From Scyliorhinus canicula (Eukaryota), in NCBI RefSeq assembly GCF_902713615.1, contig NC_052159.1:4414018-4478017 (forward strand): a stretch of DNA of 64,000 nt, in the 5' to 3' direction. Under the pieces are notes generated by a model, which saw nothing but the letters and a program-made list of their open reading frames with translations, searched no databases and was not told the origin of the DNA. Made by a program: the position numbers and the translations under genes. Shown here piece after piece: positions 48,432 through 60,739 of the stretch (positions within the stretch are counted from its first letter, which is position 1; every line of letters starts with the position of its first letter).

Positions 48432-49425
48432 CTGAGGCCAGAAGGCCACGACATCGGCCTTCCTCCTCTCCACGAGCTCCGGCTTCTCTGAGACCCCAAA
48501 TATTGCCACCAAAGGGTCCGGGTCCACCTCCTCCTCCACTATCCTGGCTAAGACCGCGAACACTCCCGCTCAGAATCTTCCCAATTTTCCACAACCCCAA
48601 AACATGTGCTCGTGATTTGCTGGCCCCGCCAACACCTCTCACACTCATCTGCTACCCCCTGAAAGAACCCACTCATTCTCACCCGAGTCATATGCACCCT
48701 GTGCACCACCTTAAACTGTATCAGGCTCATCCTTGCACAAGAGGAGGTCCCGTTTACCCTTCGCAGTGCCTCACTCCATACTCCCCAATTGATCTCCATT
48801 CCCAACTCCGCTTCCCATTTCTCCTTGATCTTCACCTCCCAGTCGCCTCCCTGCTCCCCCAGCCACTTATATATATCCCCAATTCTTCCCTCCCCTTCCA
48901 CATCCGGAAGCAGCAGTCACTCCAGCAGGGTGTATCACAGCAACCTAGGGAACCCCTTCCAGACCTTTCATGCAAAGTCCCTGACCTGCAGATACCTGAA
49001 CTCACTACCCCTCGGCAGCTCTACCCTCTCCCTTAGCTCCTCCAGACTGGCGAACCCTTCCTCCAAATACAAATCCCTCACCTTGACCTCCACCTCCCAC
49101 TTTCCTCCCCCTCCTGCATACACTATATCCCCCCCCCCCCCCCCCCCCCCCCCCCGGCTCAAACCCATGATTCTCGCACAGCGGCGTTATCAGCGATATC
49201 CCTTCCATCCTGAAATGCCTCCTCAGCTGATTCCATATTCTGCAGTTCTATGTATCGTCACTGTGGACTGCACCACTGGGCTCCCTGAATACCTACTCGG
49301 AGCCATTGGCAACTCTGCCGTCACCATAGCCCTCAAACTAGACCCCTTCCAAGATTCCTCCTCCATCCTAACCCACTCTACCCCTTCTCCTTCCCACCAC
49401 CGCTGCACCTTGTCCCCTTGTGGGA
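48432..49425 (-). mobile_element. Degraded L1 ORF2 3' fragment
   Basis: KEKWEAELG..SSCARMSLIQFKVVHRVHMT and FRYLQVRDFA, with frameshifts. Confidence 0.85.
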
Positions 49426-49531
49426 TGTGCTGAGGCTCTAGCTGTAACACAACATGAAAATGACTAATATTAAAAACCAAAGCAGGAAATACACATCCAG
49501 GTAATCAGTAAACATCAGGAATGGGAGAGAC

Positions 49532-49758
49532 AGGGCAGCACGGTGGCGCAGTGGTTAGCTCTGCTGCCTCACGTGCCGAGGTCCCAGGTTCGATCCTGGA
49601 TCTGGGACACTGTCCGTGTGGAGTTTGCACATTCTCCCCGTGTTTGCGTGGGTTTCGCCCCCACAACCCAAAGATGTGCAGGGTAGGTGGATTGGCCATG
49701 CTAAATTGCCCCTTAATTGGAAAAAAATGAATTGGGTACTCTAAATTTATAAAAAAAA
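49532..49758 (+). mobile_element. Short V-SINE subfamily with A/T-rich tail (copies near 10451-10666 -, 37058-37283 -, 43410-43632, 47699-47911, 62533-62752, 63290-63520 -)
   Basis: Shortened V-domain and tail CCTTAATTGGAAAA..CTCTAAATTTATAAAAAA. Flanking repeat AGGAATGGGAGAGA at this copy. Confidence 0.85.
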
Positions 49759-49823
49759 GGAATGGGAGAGATAGTTCAATGTTACAACCACACCTCACCT
49801 TAATTTCTCTTCTCTCCCCCCAG

Positions 49824-49902
49824 AAGGCAGTGAGAGTGAAACGAAGGAAACGGCGGCGAGTTCTCAAATCCAAGACCTTTCTAGATGAAGAGGGCGCGAT
49901 GG
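49824..49902 (+). CDS. POLD3: POLD3 exon 11
   Basis: ccccag|KAVRVKRRKRRRVLKSKTFLDEEGAM|gtaaga. Confidence 0.94.
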
Positions 49903-50342
49903 GTAAGATTTACCAATTACTGCATGCTCCTTCACCTCTATACCATTTGCTCAGTAAGTCCATACATTGTTCCGGGATCCTCCTGGGAGAGGGCATGGGG
50001 GTGGGAAGTCCTCTTGATGGAGAGGACATGGGGGTTGGAGGGATTTCCTCCTTGGAGAGGCCATGGTGGGGGGAGGGGTCAACTGATGGGCGAGGGTTTG
50101 GGGATTCAAAATGAAGAGGTTATGAGCTCGCTCATGGTTGAAGAAGACGTTGAGTCTTTGGTCAGCTTGAAACTGTGGCCAGGGAAGGGAATAGAGTCCG
50201 TGGCAGAGCATGGAGTTGTGGGAGTTGGTGGTGAGAGCACGGCATTGGCTTGGATCATCTGAGTATTTCAGTTTATCCGTGGCTGGATGTTGGACACGCA
50301 CAGTGGACAGGTTGAAGGAAAGGAAGGCGCTTAAAATATATA

Positions 50343-51059
50343 CAGTAGTCCCCCTTTATAACACGGGTGTTGGGGTCCAAGACAGCCACCCGCGTTGCAT
50401 CCGAGCCGCGGATATCCACGATGGGAGTTTTAAATTTATTTTAAAATCTATGCATGCGCTTCCCATTGTGAGTCTACGGGGGGCGGGGGGAGAGGTCAGA
50501 CCCCCGTAGACTCACAATGGGAAGCGCATGCATAGATTTTTAAATACATTTAAAACCCCCATCGTGGATCTAATTAAAACAACCCACAGAAACTTACCAG
50601 GAACTTACAAGGTCTTGCTGTCTGCACCCCATCTGCCGCACGCGCTTGCACCCTGCGCTGCATGTCAGTTTCAAAGGCAAGGCTGGGATTCAGTTTTAGG
50701 TGTCAGGGCTGTCAACTTGGTGGTTTGGGAACAAGTGGCAGGGGGGTGTCGCATCTCTCCTCGGTCCCAAACCCCTGCAGTTCAGGCCTTTCTCCACACC
50801 GCCGCCCCCCCCCCCCCCCCCCTACCTCAACCACTATGGAGGTACCAGCTGTAGCTCTGCACTATCCACTTCCGGACGCTGTGTGAGCTGCTCCTCTCTC
50901 ACTGAATCTCAGTGAGAGAGGAGCAGCCGGCAGCGTCAATTTCAGCGGCCGGCTCACTTTGATCCGGAGAGGGAAGCTGACAGTTGGGGTCCATAAGCCC
51001 CCCCCGCCGTATATCGCGAACCGCGGTATTGCGGAGCGCGGTATAACGGGGGACTACTG
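50343..51059. mobile_element. Non-autonomous Tc1/mariner-pogo (Tigger-like) DNA transposon
   Basis: TIRs CAGTAGTCCCCCTTTATA and TATAACGGGGGACTACTG, flanked by TA on both sides; no transposase. Confidence 0.88.
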
Positions 51060-51154
51060 TATAAAATACATTGCCCAATGTATGAGTAAGACGATGTAAC
51101 CAGCTGGGTTGTCTCATTTTGTTTCCCCCACTGCCCACGTCCTGCCTATATCAG

Positions 51155-51369
51155 TGACGGAGAAAGTCTACCAGAGCGAGTCGTGCACCGACAGCGAGAG
51201 CGAGTTTGCAGCCAAGCAACAAGAGTCAAAGAATCTCTCTGGGCCCAAGCCAGCCAGCATGAAGAGCGCAGCAGGAGGCAAAGACCAGCCAAAGGAGAAG
51301 AAAGCAGCAACCTCCAGCAGGGCAGGCAAGCAGGCGTCCATCATGGGATTCTTTAAAAAGGCCACCTAG
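51155..51369 (+). CDS. POLD3: POLD3 exon 12 (last coding exon, PCNA-binding PIP box)
   Basis: atcag|VTEKVYQSESCTDSE..KQASIMGFFKKAT*. The 12 exons sum to 1533 nt (510 aa plus stop). Confidence 0.96.
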
Positions 51370-52249
51370 TTCCAGATTGCAACTGGTATCATATTGACTC
51401 GCTCTCTCTCCCAGTGTTGAATGTGCATCATCAATCATCATGGACAGACATTGAGATCTAAACGGGTGTCCAAGAAAGCTAACTATAGACACTCGATATA
51501 TTAAAAATTTAAGTTGATGGTGAATGATCTAAAGGAAACTTGGTGCTGATGTGTTGGAAAGGTCTCCTTAGACCGAGGACTGCAGTTCATAACCCTCGAA
51601 AGTTACTCAAATTGGGACTGTCTGGCGATTGTTTCACATTGCACATTTAAACACTGTGTATTGTTAGGTGTCTTTATTCTCCCTCACGTTTCTGGGAGTA
51701 ATCGATCTTCAAATCGTATTGTGTACCCTTCTTAATCACCCATAATTAGACTCTCTTCAATTCACTGAAACGATTGTGTGTTCCTGATAGTTACAGCACC
51801 ATGATGCCAGACTTCAACCATCCCGCTGGCTGAGGCTGTTTCAGCTGAAAATGTTCAATGTTTGTTATCTTCTCTCCTGGTTTAAGTACGGTTGGTTTTG
51901 TTTTTTTTTTAAAAAGTAGTGCCAGCTTGTAAAATGTTTCAATAGATTTGAAGTCTCGTCATTCAGAAGGATAAGCTTCTTTTACTCTGCATGCTGCCTG
52001 GGGTTCTGTGCTGTTACAACATGTGTTACTGGTGTACTTTGCTGCCTTGCACACTTGTGTTGTGGATTATCCTCAAACGCCCTGTAAAGTTCGAGGAGCA
52101 GGTCATGGGACTGAGATAATGTACAAGACCTGCTTTTGACAATCGTTTCAGGAACATTCCTTCCGTTCACCACCAAATCTGTGCACTGGGTACAGCTCCG
52201 CCGTCACACAATCACCCACAGCTATCTTCCCCCCCCCTATGTGAGAAGA

Positions 52250-52445
52250 TGATGTGGAGATGCCGGCGTTGGGCTGGGGTGAGCACAGTAAGAAGTCTTA
52301 CAACACCAGGTTAAAGTCCAACCGGTTCGTTTCGAAACACTAGCTTTCGGAGCACAGCTCACCTGAGGAAGAGACAGTGCTCCGAAAGCTAGTGATTCGA
52401 AACAAACCTGTTTGACTTCAACCTGGTGTTGTAAGACTTCTTACT
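52250..52445. mobile_element. Palindromic short element, probably derived from a Penelope-like terminal repeat
   Basis: Long inverted repeat at 52287-52445. Flanking direct repeat CTATGTGAGAAGA at 52237-52249 and 52444-52456. Confidence 0.6.
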
Positions 52446-53460
52446 ATGTGAGAAGAGGTAGTTAATGTCTAAAGATTGTATAAGTCATCACGATGTTGTG
52501 CAAGTGCAGACAACGTTGATTTTGTTTACTTCCCTTCATTAGGCTCTACGCCCACCCACTTACTGCTCCAAGTAATAAACAAACCACCACTTCATCCATC
52601 AACCCCCAACCATGCTGAGATTCACCCTCGTCTGTAAAGCTCCCATGTCTGCACCTGATGGCTGGTAAATGTTTTCAAATACATACTGACTTTATTCCGA
52701 CAGCTGCAGACATCTTTTGATCAGGGGAGGTTAAGTTTGAGTGCTCACCTTGGTTAACTACCCGGTACCAGCCTCCCCGGACAGGCGCCGGAATGTGGTG
52801 ACTAGGGGCTTTTCACAGTAACTTCATTGAAGCCTACTCGTGACAATAAGCGATTTTCATTTTCATTTTTTCATGAGAGGAATTCAACCTGACTCTCATG
52901 GGATTGGATACAGTGGACTGATATTAATCACCAATTCTCCTGAAGTCTCAATGACCAAGAAGTGACGATGGTAATCGTGGTGGCTGGATGTGGCCCTGAT
53001 GATGAGGGTGAACATTTGTAAATGAGCAGTTCTCTGTTATATTTCCATTTTATCTACTGTGTTCCTTCAGCGTGCCCTAACTTTTCGATAAATTTGTGCA
53101 AATAACCAGCCTTGCACAGATTTGGGACACTCGTCCCTCCGCTCTCCAGACTGTCAACAGACAAATATATCCAGTGCCAGATTTTTGACATATTTACAAA
53201 AGCTCCTCTTCGCACTTGTAACTCTTGAGTGTGAGGAGGGAGTTTCTGTGGAGGGTTTGTCAGTCTGAGGAAGAGGGCAGAAATCCTTGAAGGACACTAA
53301 ATGCAATGGATGTGCGACTAAGAATTCATTTCATTTGTGTTTCAGGCCTGGGCTAGTTCGAGGGTTGGCGGTGGGTGTTGTCAGTGGGTTAGGTTTGGGA
53401 GGAAGTTCTAGAATTGAGTAACCCTATGAACCATTTTCTGTTTAAAGTTTATAATCTGTG

Positions 53461-53466
53461 AATAAA
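53461..53466 (+). terminator. Candidate POLD3 polyadenylation signal
   Basis: AATAAA followed by T-rich sequence. Other candidates are ATTAAA near 51500 and AATAAA near 52574. Confidence 0.35.
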
Positions 53467-54599
53467 AGTTTTTTTAAAAATAAGCTAAAATTGCACATTG
53501 TAAATCTGTAGGTCTTCACTCCAAAGCACATGTGTTTTGACATACATATGCAGTACAGCGTTAGGTACAAGTCCCTAGAGTAGATCTTGAACCCAGCATA
53601 TTTCCCCTGTCCAAGTGACCAGTCACATCCTACACGACTACAGCTGTGCCAACTCATCCCTCCTTACCTTCTACTGCTGCTGAAACCCCTGTCATCTCCA
53701 AGCTCAATTTTAACAATGACTTCCGAGTTTCACCTTAAAAACAGTCTCTCAACAACAACCTCCAGCTGCTGAAGCCTTCAAACCGTCTCGTTCCTCACTG
53801 CCTCTCTCTCTCTCTTCACCTTATTAAAACCACCTCCAAAAAACTCACCTCTTTGATCTCACCTGCAGTTGCTTGTCTGAACCTCCCAATCTCTGCTCTA
53901 TTGGAGCTGTCCCTCTGTGAAAAGAAGCTTTGTTACCTTAAGGGTGCTGTGTAAGTAATGTTGCCTTTGAGTGAATGTGTAAGATTCAATCACTGGCCTT
54001 TGCAGAGTTCTATTCAGAGACTGGTACAGCGCAGTAGCAAGTAATTTGGCTCATTCTGCCCGAGTTGAATCTTATTGATTTGTGGGACGTGTGCTGCTGG
54101 CAAGGCGTCCCTAATTTTGAGTTGACACCCCCGATCCTTTCCCCATAATCCTGCGATTCTTTACAGTCGACAGTACATGTTTTCATGGGTGTCGCTGGCA
54201 AGACCAGCATTTGTTGCCCATTCCTAATTGCACTTGGGTTGAGTGCATTGCTGACAACCATTGCAACGGGGCAATTAAGGGTCATGTTTCTATGGAGCTG
54301 CAGTCACATGTCGGCCCAGGCCGGGTAAGGGCGGCAGATTTCCTTCCCGAAAGGACATTAGTGAACCAGATGGGTTTTTACAGAAATTATGGTAACATCG
54401 GATAGTTTCATAGTCACCATCACAAAGAACAATACAGAACAGGAACAGGCCCTTCGACCCTCTGCCGACCATGCTGCCTGTCTAACCTAAAACCTTCTAC
54501 ACTTCCGGGGACCATATCCCTCTATTCCCATCCTATTCATGCAATTGTCAAGGCGCCCGTTAAAAGTCACTATCGTCCCTGCTTCCACAATTTCCTCCA

Positions 54600-54940
54600 G
54601 CAGCAATATACCACCCATCGGCACACTCTGCTCCGATACATACAACAGCAAGTTGTCTGCATACAAAGAGACCTTGTGCTCCACCTCTCCGGATTAAACT
54701 CCATCTGGCATCTCTCAGCCCAAGTCTCCAACCAATCAATATCCTGCTGTATTGGGGGTGGGGAAAGCGGCCTACTAGGCGATCGTTATTTCGGATCGTG
54801 CTCCACGCTTGGTGGATGTGGTCTTTGAGAAGGGGCCTGCACAAAGGCTGGCATGGAGATTGAATGTGGGGCTGCTTGCAGATCCGGGTTTTTGTGCGAG
54901 GATGCGGAAGGTGATTGATGATTATGTGGCATTCAACAAA
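54600..54940. mobile_element. Two old L1 ORF2 fragments in opposite orientation
   Basis: Minus strand HKVSLYADNLLLYV; plus strand ISDRAP..WRLNVGLLAD. Confidence 0.7.
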
Positions 54941-55662
54941 AGAATTCCAGTTTTTAATAACTTAAATTCCACCAGCTACTGTTGTGGGATTTGAACTTGT
55001 GTCGTCATAGAATTGAAACATAGAATCGCTGCAGTGCAGAAGGAGGCCGTTTGGCCCATCTGGTGTACCAAACTTCCAAAAGAGGATGAGGGAACGTAGT
55101 GTTTTAGTGGTAATGTCACTGGACCAGTAATCCAGAGGCCCAAGCTAATGATCTGGAAGGGGTGACACAGTGGTTAGCGCTTTCATCTCTGCCGGGGACC
55201 CAGGTTTCATTCCGACCTTGGGCAACTATTTGTGTAAGTTTGCACATTCTCTCCGTGGGTTTCCTCCAGGTTCTCCGGTTTCCTCCCACAGTCCAAAGAT
55301 GTGCAGGTTAGTTGGATTGGCCATGATAAATTGCCCCCTGGTGTCCAGGGATGTGCAGGTTAGGTTTTGGGGTGAGGTGAGCATAGAGTGCTCATTCAAA
55401 GGTTTGGTGCAGACCTGATGGGCTGAATGGCCTCCTCCTGCACTCTAGGGATTCAATAATTCATAAGCAAAGACTTGGGGTATTAAAGGGGAGAAATCAG
55501 AACTCTGGTCGCTGAAAATACTTTCTTGCCATGGAGACTCCATGGCATTCCCTTGAACGAACACCGAACAAGGATCAGTACCTTCAAGACGAGTACCCTG
55601 CAGGGTATTTTCCAATCCGCAGCCCAAGTATGTTGGTCAGTTGTAATATTTACTACCTTGCA

Positions 55663-56232
55663 GGGCGGCACGGTGGCGCAGTGATTAGCACTGCTGCCTC
55701 ATGGCGCCGAGGACCTGGGTTTGAATCCTGGCCCCGGGTCACTGGTCCGTGTGCAGTTTGCACATTCTCCCCATGTCTGCGTTTTCACCCCCACAACCCA
55801 GCACGGTAGCATGGTGGTTAGCATAAATGCTTCACAGCTCCAGGGTCCCAGGTTCGATTCCCGGCTGGGTCACTGTCTGTGCGGAGTCTGCACGTCCTCC
55901 CCGTGTGTGCGTGGGTTTTCTCCTGGTGCTCCGGTTTCCTCCCACAGTCCAAAGATGTGCGGGTTAGGTGGATTGGCCATGCTAAATTGCCCGTAGTGTC
56001 CTTGAAAAGTAAGGTTAAGGGGGGGGGTTGTTGGGTTACGGGTATAGGGTGGATACGTGGGTTTGAGTAGGGTGATCATTGCTCGGCACAACATCGAGGG
56101 CCGAAGGGCCTGTTCTGTGCTGTACTGTTCTATGTTCTAACCCAAAAAGATGTGCAGGCTAGGTGGATTGGCCACGCGAAATTGCCCCTTTATTGGAAAA
56201 GAAAATAATTGGGCATTCTAAATTTTTTTAAA
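55663..56232 (+). mobile_element. SINE nested in a SINE
   Basis: The short-subfamily copy is split at AACCCA (55795-55800 and 56139-56144) by a CR1-tailed copy at 55801-56138. Confidence 0.85.
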
Positions 56233-58342
56233 AAGTTACAGCCTGGCTGGTAACCGAGAATGGTGAGGTCAGCACATCCTAGGGTCGGAACACAAGATCT
56301 TCCTGGTCTGTGGCCTGGCGACAAAGTAGCATTAAAGTTACCGGGTAATAGGGAATCATCTCTTCCTCTTGACTGACTGCTTGCTAATAGCTGGACGGTC
56401 TGGAACTCCTGACGTCACTACACTCCGCTCTCCAGCTGGCATGTAACACCCAACCTAAACTTGGCGCCAATGTTTTTTTTAAAAGGCCCATTGACAGGAC
56501 GTGTGCGTCGCTGGCTCGGCCAATATTCACTGCCTGTTGAGAAGGTAAGCTACCAGCTGAGCAATTTTCTCAGCTATTTCAGAGGCAATGAAGGAAGAGT
56601 GAAGTATTTCTGCCGGTCTGGAGTCACGCCACACCGAGAAAGGACAGCAGGGCTTTAGAATGGTTTCACAGGTCGGCACAACATCGAGGGCCGAAGGGCC
56701 TGTACTGCGCTGTTATGTTCTATGTTCTAGGTTTATATTGCTAAAGGACATTAGTGAACCAGAGGGGTTTTTACATTGATCCTGGAATTTCATGGTCACC
56801 CTTAACAGATGCCTGTTTTTTCTTCAAGAAGTATTTTAAAAAGAAACTAAATTTAAATTTCTCCAGCTGTCTCTGAGTCTTGAACTCGCATCTCTGAAGT
56901 AACGTAACCACCATGCTACCTTTCATGGTTGATTTATTTTACCTTTTTCAACAGTTTCCAGTTAAGGCACTGAAAATGAAAAATGAAAACCGCTTATTGT
57001 CACGAGTAGGCTTCAATGAAGTTACTGTGAAAAGCCCCTAGTCGCCACATTCCGGCGCCTGTCCGGGGAGGCCGGTACGGGAATCGAACCGTGCTGCTGG
57101 CCTGCTTGGTCTGCTTTCAAAGCCAGCGATGTAGCCCAGTGAATAAACCAGCCCCTATACTGTCCTGCACCATGGGCTCTTAATTGTGCTTCACAATTTA
57201 ATAAAACTCCCCCTTCATTCTGACAGTATAATGTTCCACTCCAGTGACATCATGAATAGGAGCATGGGGGGAGGGGGGGGCTTTGGGGGAGAGGGGGTGA
57301 CACTGTGTGATGAGAGGAAAATGTAAGTGAAAAGCTGTTCCATGGCACCTGCCCCTAGGCTGCATTTGACCAACATTTCCGGGTGGGAACACGGGGTCGG
57401 ATACCGTGCTTGTATGGCCGAGGTCTTGTCAGAAGATTCAGAGACAGACACTCAGCAATTTGCTTTTGCTTGGTGAGTATTAAGTAGAGAAATGCCTCGT
57501 AAATGGGAGGGGGAGGGGTTTCATAAAAGAAAAATGGGCACCTGGTCAAAGATGGAGATAATAGGACACATAATAGGACACTGTGGGGGCCTCACGGTAG
57601 CATGGTGGTTAGCATCAATGCTTCACAGCTCCAGGGTCCCAGGTTCGATTCCTGGCTGGGTCACTGTCTGTGTGGAGTCTGCACGTCCTCCCCGTGTGTG
57701 CGTGGGTTTCCTCCGGGTGCTCCGGTTTCCTCCCACAGTCCAAAGATGTGTGGGTTAGGTGGATTGGCCATGCTAAATTGCCCGTAGTGTAAGGTTAATG
57801 GGGGGATTGTTGGGTTACGGGTATACGGGTTACGAGGGTTTAAGTAGGGTGATCATTGTTCGGCACAACATCGAGGGCCGAAGGGCCTGTTCTGTGCTGT
57901 ACTGTTCTATGTTCTATAACCCAAAGCTTGGTTAAAACGCAGTATTCAGAAGCCTCTTAAAAGAGGAGCGAGTGAAAGGTTTAGGGAGGGTAGATCCCCG
58001 TGTGTGCGTGGGTTTCCTCCGGGTGCTCCGGTTTCCTCCCACAATCCAAAGATGTGCAGGTTAGGTGGATTGGCCATGATAAATTGCCCCTTAGGGTGAG
58101 GTTGCAAGAGTAGGGTGGGGGGGATTGGGCCTAGGTAGGGTGGTCTTTTGAAGGGTTGGTGCAATCTTGATGGGTCGAATGGCCTCTTTCTGCACTAGGA
58201 ATTCAGTGATCATGGGTGAAGTGAGTGGAGCATGTTTGCAACAGGCTCATGTCGGAGTTATGAGGAGTGAGGATGGTTGTCCAATTGGAGGTGGTGGTGG
58301 AATTGCAAGGGACAAGCTGGGTGGTGGAAGGGACTACTGCCA

Positions 58343-58470
58343 CTAGCACTCTTTCCCTTGGTTTCTGCGGCTATTAGCACTCTTTTCCCTTGGTTTCTGT
58401 GGCTATTAGCACTCTTTTCCCTTGGTTTCTGTGGGTATTAGCACTCTTTTCCCTTGGTTTCTGTGGCTAT
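58343..58470 (+). repeat. Four copies of a roughly 32-bp tandem repeat TAGCACTCTTTTCCCTTGGTTTCTGTGGCTAT
   Basis: Directly visible. Confidence 0.9.
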
Positions 58471-59719
58471 GACTCATCTTTCATTCCCTCACCCCACAGT
58501 ATAAATATCTCCCACTTTCTATGTCTTTTAGCTTCGACAAAGGGTCATCTGGACTCAAAACATTAGCTCTTTTCTTCCCCTACAGATGCTGCCATGACCT
58601 GCTGAGATTTTCCAGAATTTTCTCTTTGGGTGCAAGGGACTTCATCTTTCTTCAAAGGACAAAGAACAATACAGCACAGGGACAGGCCCTTCGGCCCTCC
58701 AAGCCTGTACCAGTCATGATTCCAACCTTGGCCAAAACCCTCAGCCCTTCCTAGTGCCGTATCCCTCTGTACCCATCCTATCCATGTATTTGTCTGAAAG
58801 CTGTTAATGTATCTGCTTCCACAACCTCCCCTGGCAGCGCGTTCCAGGCACTCACCACCCTCTGTGTAAAAAAAACCTGCCTCGCACATCTCCTCTAAAC
58901 TTTGCCCCACGGACCTATGCCCCCCGGTGACTGACCCCTCCACCCTGGGAAAGAGTGCCTGCCCATCCACTCTACCCATGTCCCTCATAATCTTGTAGAC
59001 CTCGATCAGATCACCCCTCAACCTCCATCATACTAATCATAGAATTTACAGTGCAGAAGGAGGCCATTCGGCCCATTGAGTCTGCACCGGCTCTTGGAAA
59101 GAGCACCCTACCCAAGGTCAACACCTCCACCCTATCCCCAAAACCCAGTAACCCCACCCAACACTAAGGGCAATTTTGGACACTAAGGGCAATTTATCAT
59201 GGCCAATCCACCTACCCTGCACATCTTTGGACTGTGGGAGGAAACCGGAGCACCCGGAGGAAACCCACGCACACACGGGGAGGATGTGCAGACTCCGCAC
59301 AGACAGTGACCCAAGCCGGAATCGAGTGCTGCTTCGAGTCAGATTCAATATTGGGTTACGAAAAGCGTTTTCAATTGTGGGCTATTTCAAACAAAGTGAC
59401 TTCTTTAGTAAAAGTAAAATACTGTGGATGCTGGAGATTAGAAATAAAAGCATAGCCTGCTGGAAAGAGTCACATTGGATTCAAAAACGACTGTTTCTCT
59501 CTCCGCAGATGCTGCCAGACCTGCTGAGCTTTTCCAGCACTTTGTGTTTTAGTTTCATATTTCCAGCACCTCTCGTATTATAGTTTTATTTTAGAGGTAG
59601 AGCTGGTTCTAGTTGATAAATCGATTAGATCCAGGTATCTATTGGGTTAAATGGGCTAGTGTAGATTCCAACTTGATTAATGTAGATGAGAGCAGAATTA
59701 TAGTTGGTCAGATACGGGC

Positions 59720-60540
59720 TGCAGCTGGTTAGAGCCGGTTCCGAGCTAGGTCCCAGCTGGTTAGAGCCGGGTTCCAGCTGGTTAGAGGAAGAATCAGCTG
59801 GTTACAGCCAGGTTCGAGCTGGTTAGAGGAAGAATCAGCTGGTTAGAGCCAGGTTCCAGATGGTTAGAGTCGGGTTCTAGCTGGTTAGAGCCGGGTTCCA
59901 GCTGGTTAGAGGAAGAATCAGCTGGTTAGAGCCGGGTTCCAGCTGGTTAGAGCCGGGTTCCAGCTGGTTAGAGCCGGGTTCCTGCTGGTTAGAGCCGGGT
60001 TCCTGCTGGGTCCCCACTGGTTAGAGCTGGGTTTCAGCTGGTGAGAGCCGGGTCCGAGCTAGTTAGAGCTGGGTTCCTGCTGGTTAGAGCCGGGTTCCTG
60101 CTGGTTAGAGCCGGGTTCCTGCTGGTTAGAGCCGGGTTCCAGCTGGTTAGAGCCGGGTTCCAGCTGGTTAGAGGAAGAATCAGCTGGTTAGAGCCAGGTT
60201 CCAGATGGTTAGAGCCGGGTTCCAGCTGGTTAGAGCCGGGTTCCTGCTGGTTATAGCCGGGTTCCTGCTGGGTCCCCACTGGTTAGAGCTGGGTTTCAGC
60301 TGGTGAGAGCCGGTTCCAGCTGGTTAGAGCCGGGTCCGAGCTAATTAGAGCTGGGTTCCTGCTGGTCAGAGCCGGGTCCGAGCTAGTTAAGAGCCGGGTC
60401 CGAGCTAGTTAGAGCTGGGTTCCTGCTGGTCAGAGCCGGGTTAGAGCCGGGTTCCTGCTGGTCAGAGCCGGGTTAGAGCTGGGTTCCTGCTGGTCAGAGC
60501 CGGGTTCCTGCTGGTTAGAGCCGGGTTCCTGCTGGTTAAT
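59720..60540 (+). repeat. About 21-bp minisatellite CAGCTGGTTAGAGCCGGGTTC upstream of the RNF169 promoter
   Basis: Directly visible; variant units with interspersed GAGGAAGAAT. Confidence 0.95.
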
Positions 60541-60739
60541 TTAGTAGTTAGTGTTAGATTAGAGAAAGGACCAGTTAACAGGTGAGTTAAAGGGCGAATT
60601 AGCATTAGGTTAGAGAAGGGTTCAGTTAGTTAGGGTAGCTGAGGAGCTAGTTAGGAAGGGGAGCAGCTAGTTTAGGGCTAGAGAAGGATCTGGCTGGTTA
60701 GATCAGGAGTTAAACTTGGAGCGAGTTGTTCAGGGCTGT

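Noticed and set aside
60034-60279. Repetitive ORFs (NPALTSR, EPGSNQL)
   Set aside because: Translations of the 21-bp minisatellite.
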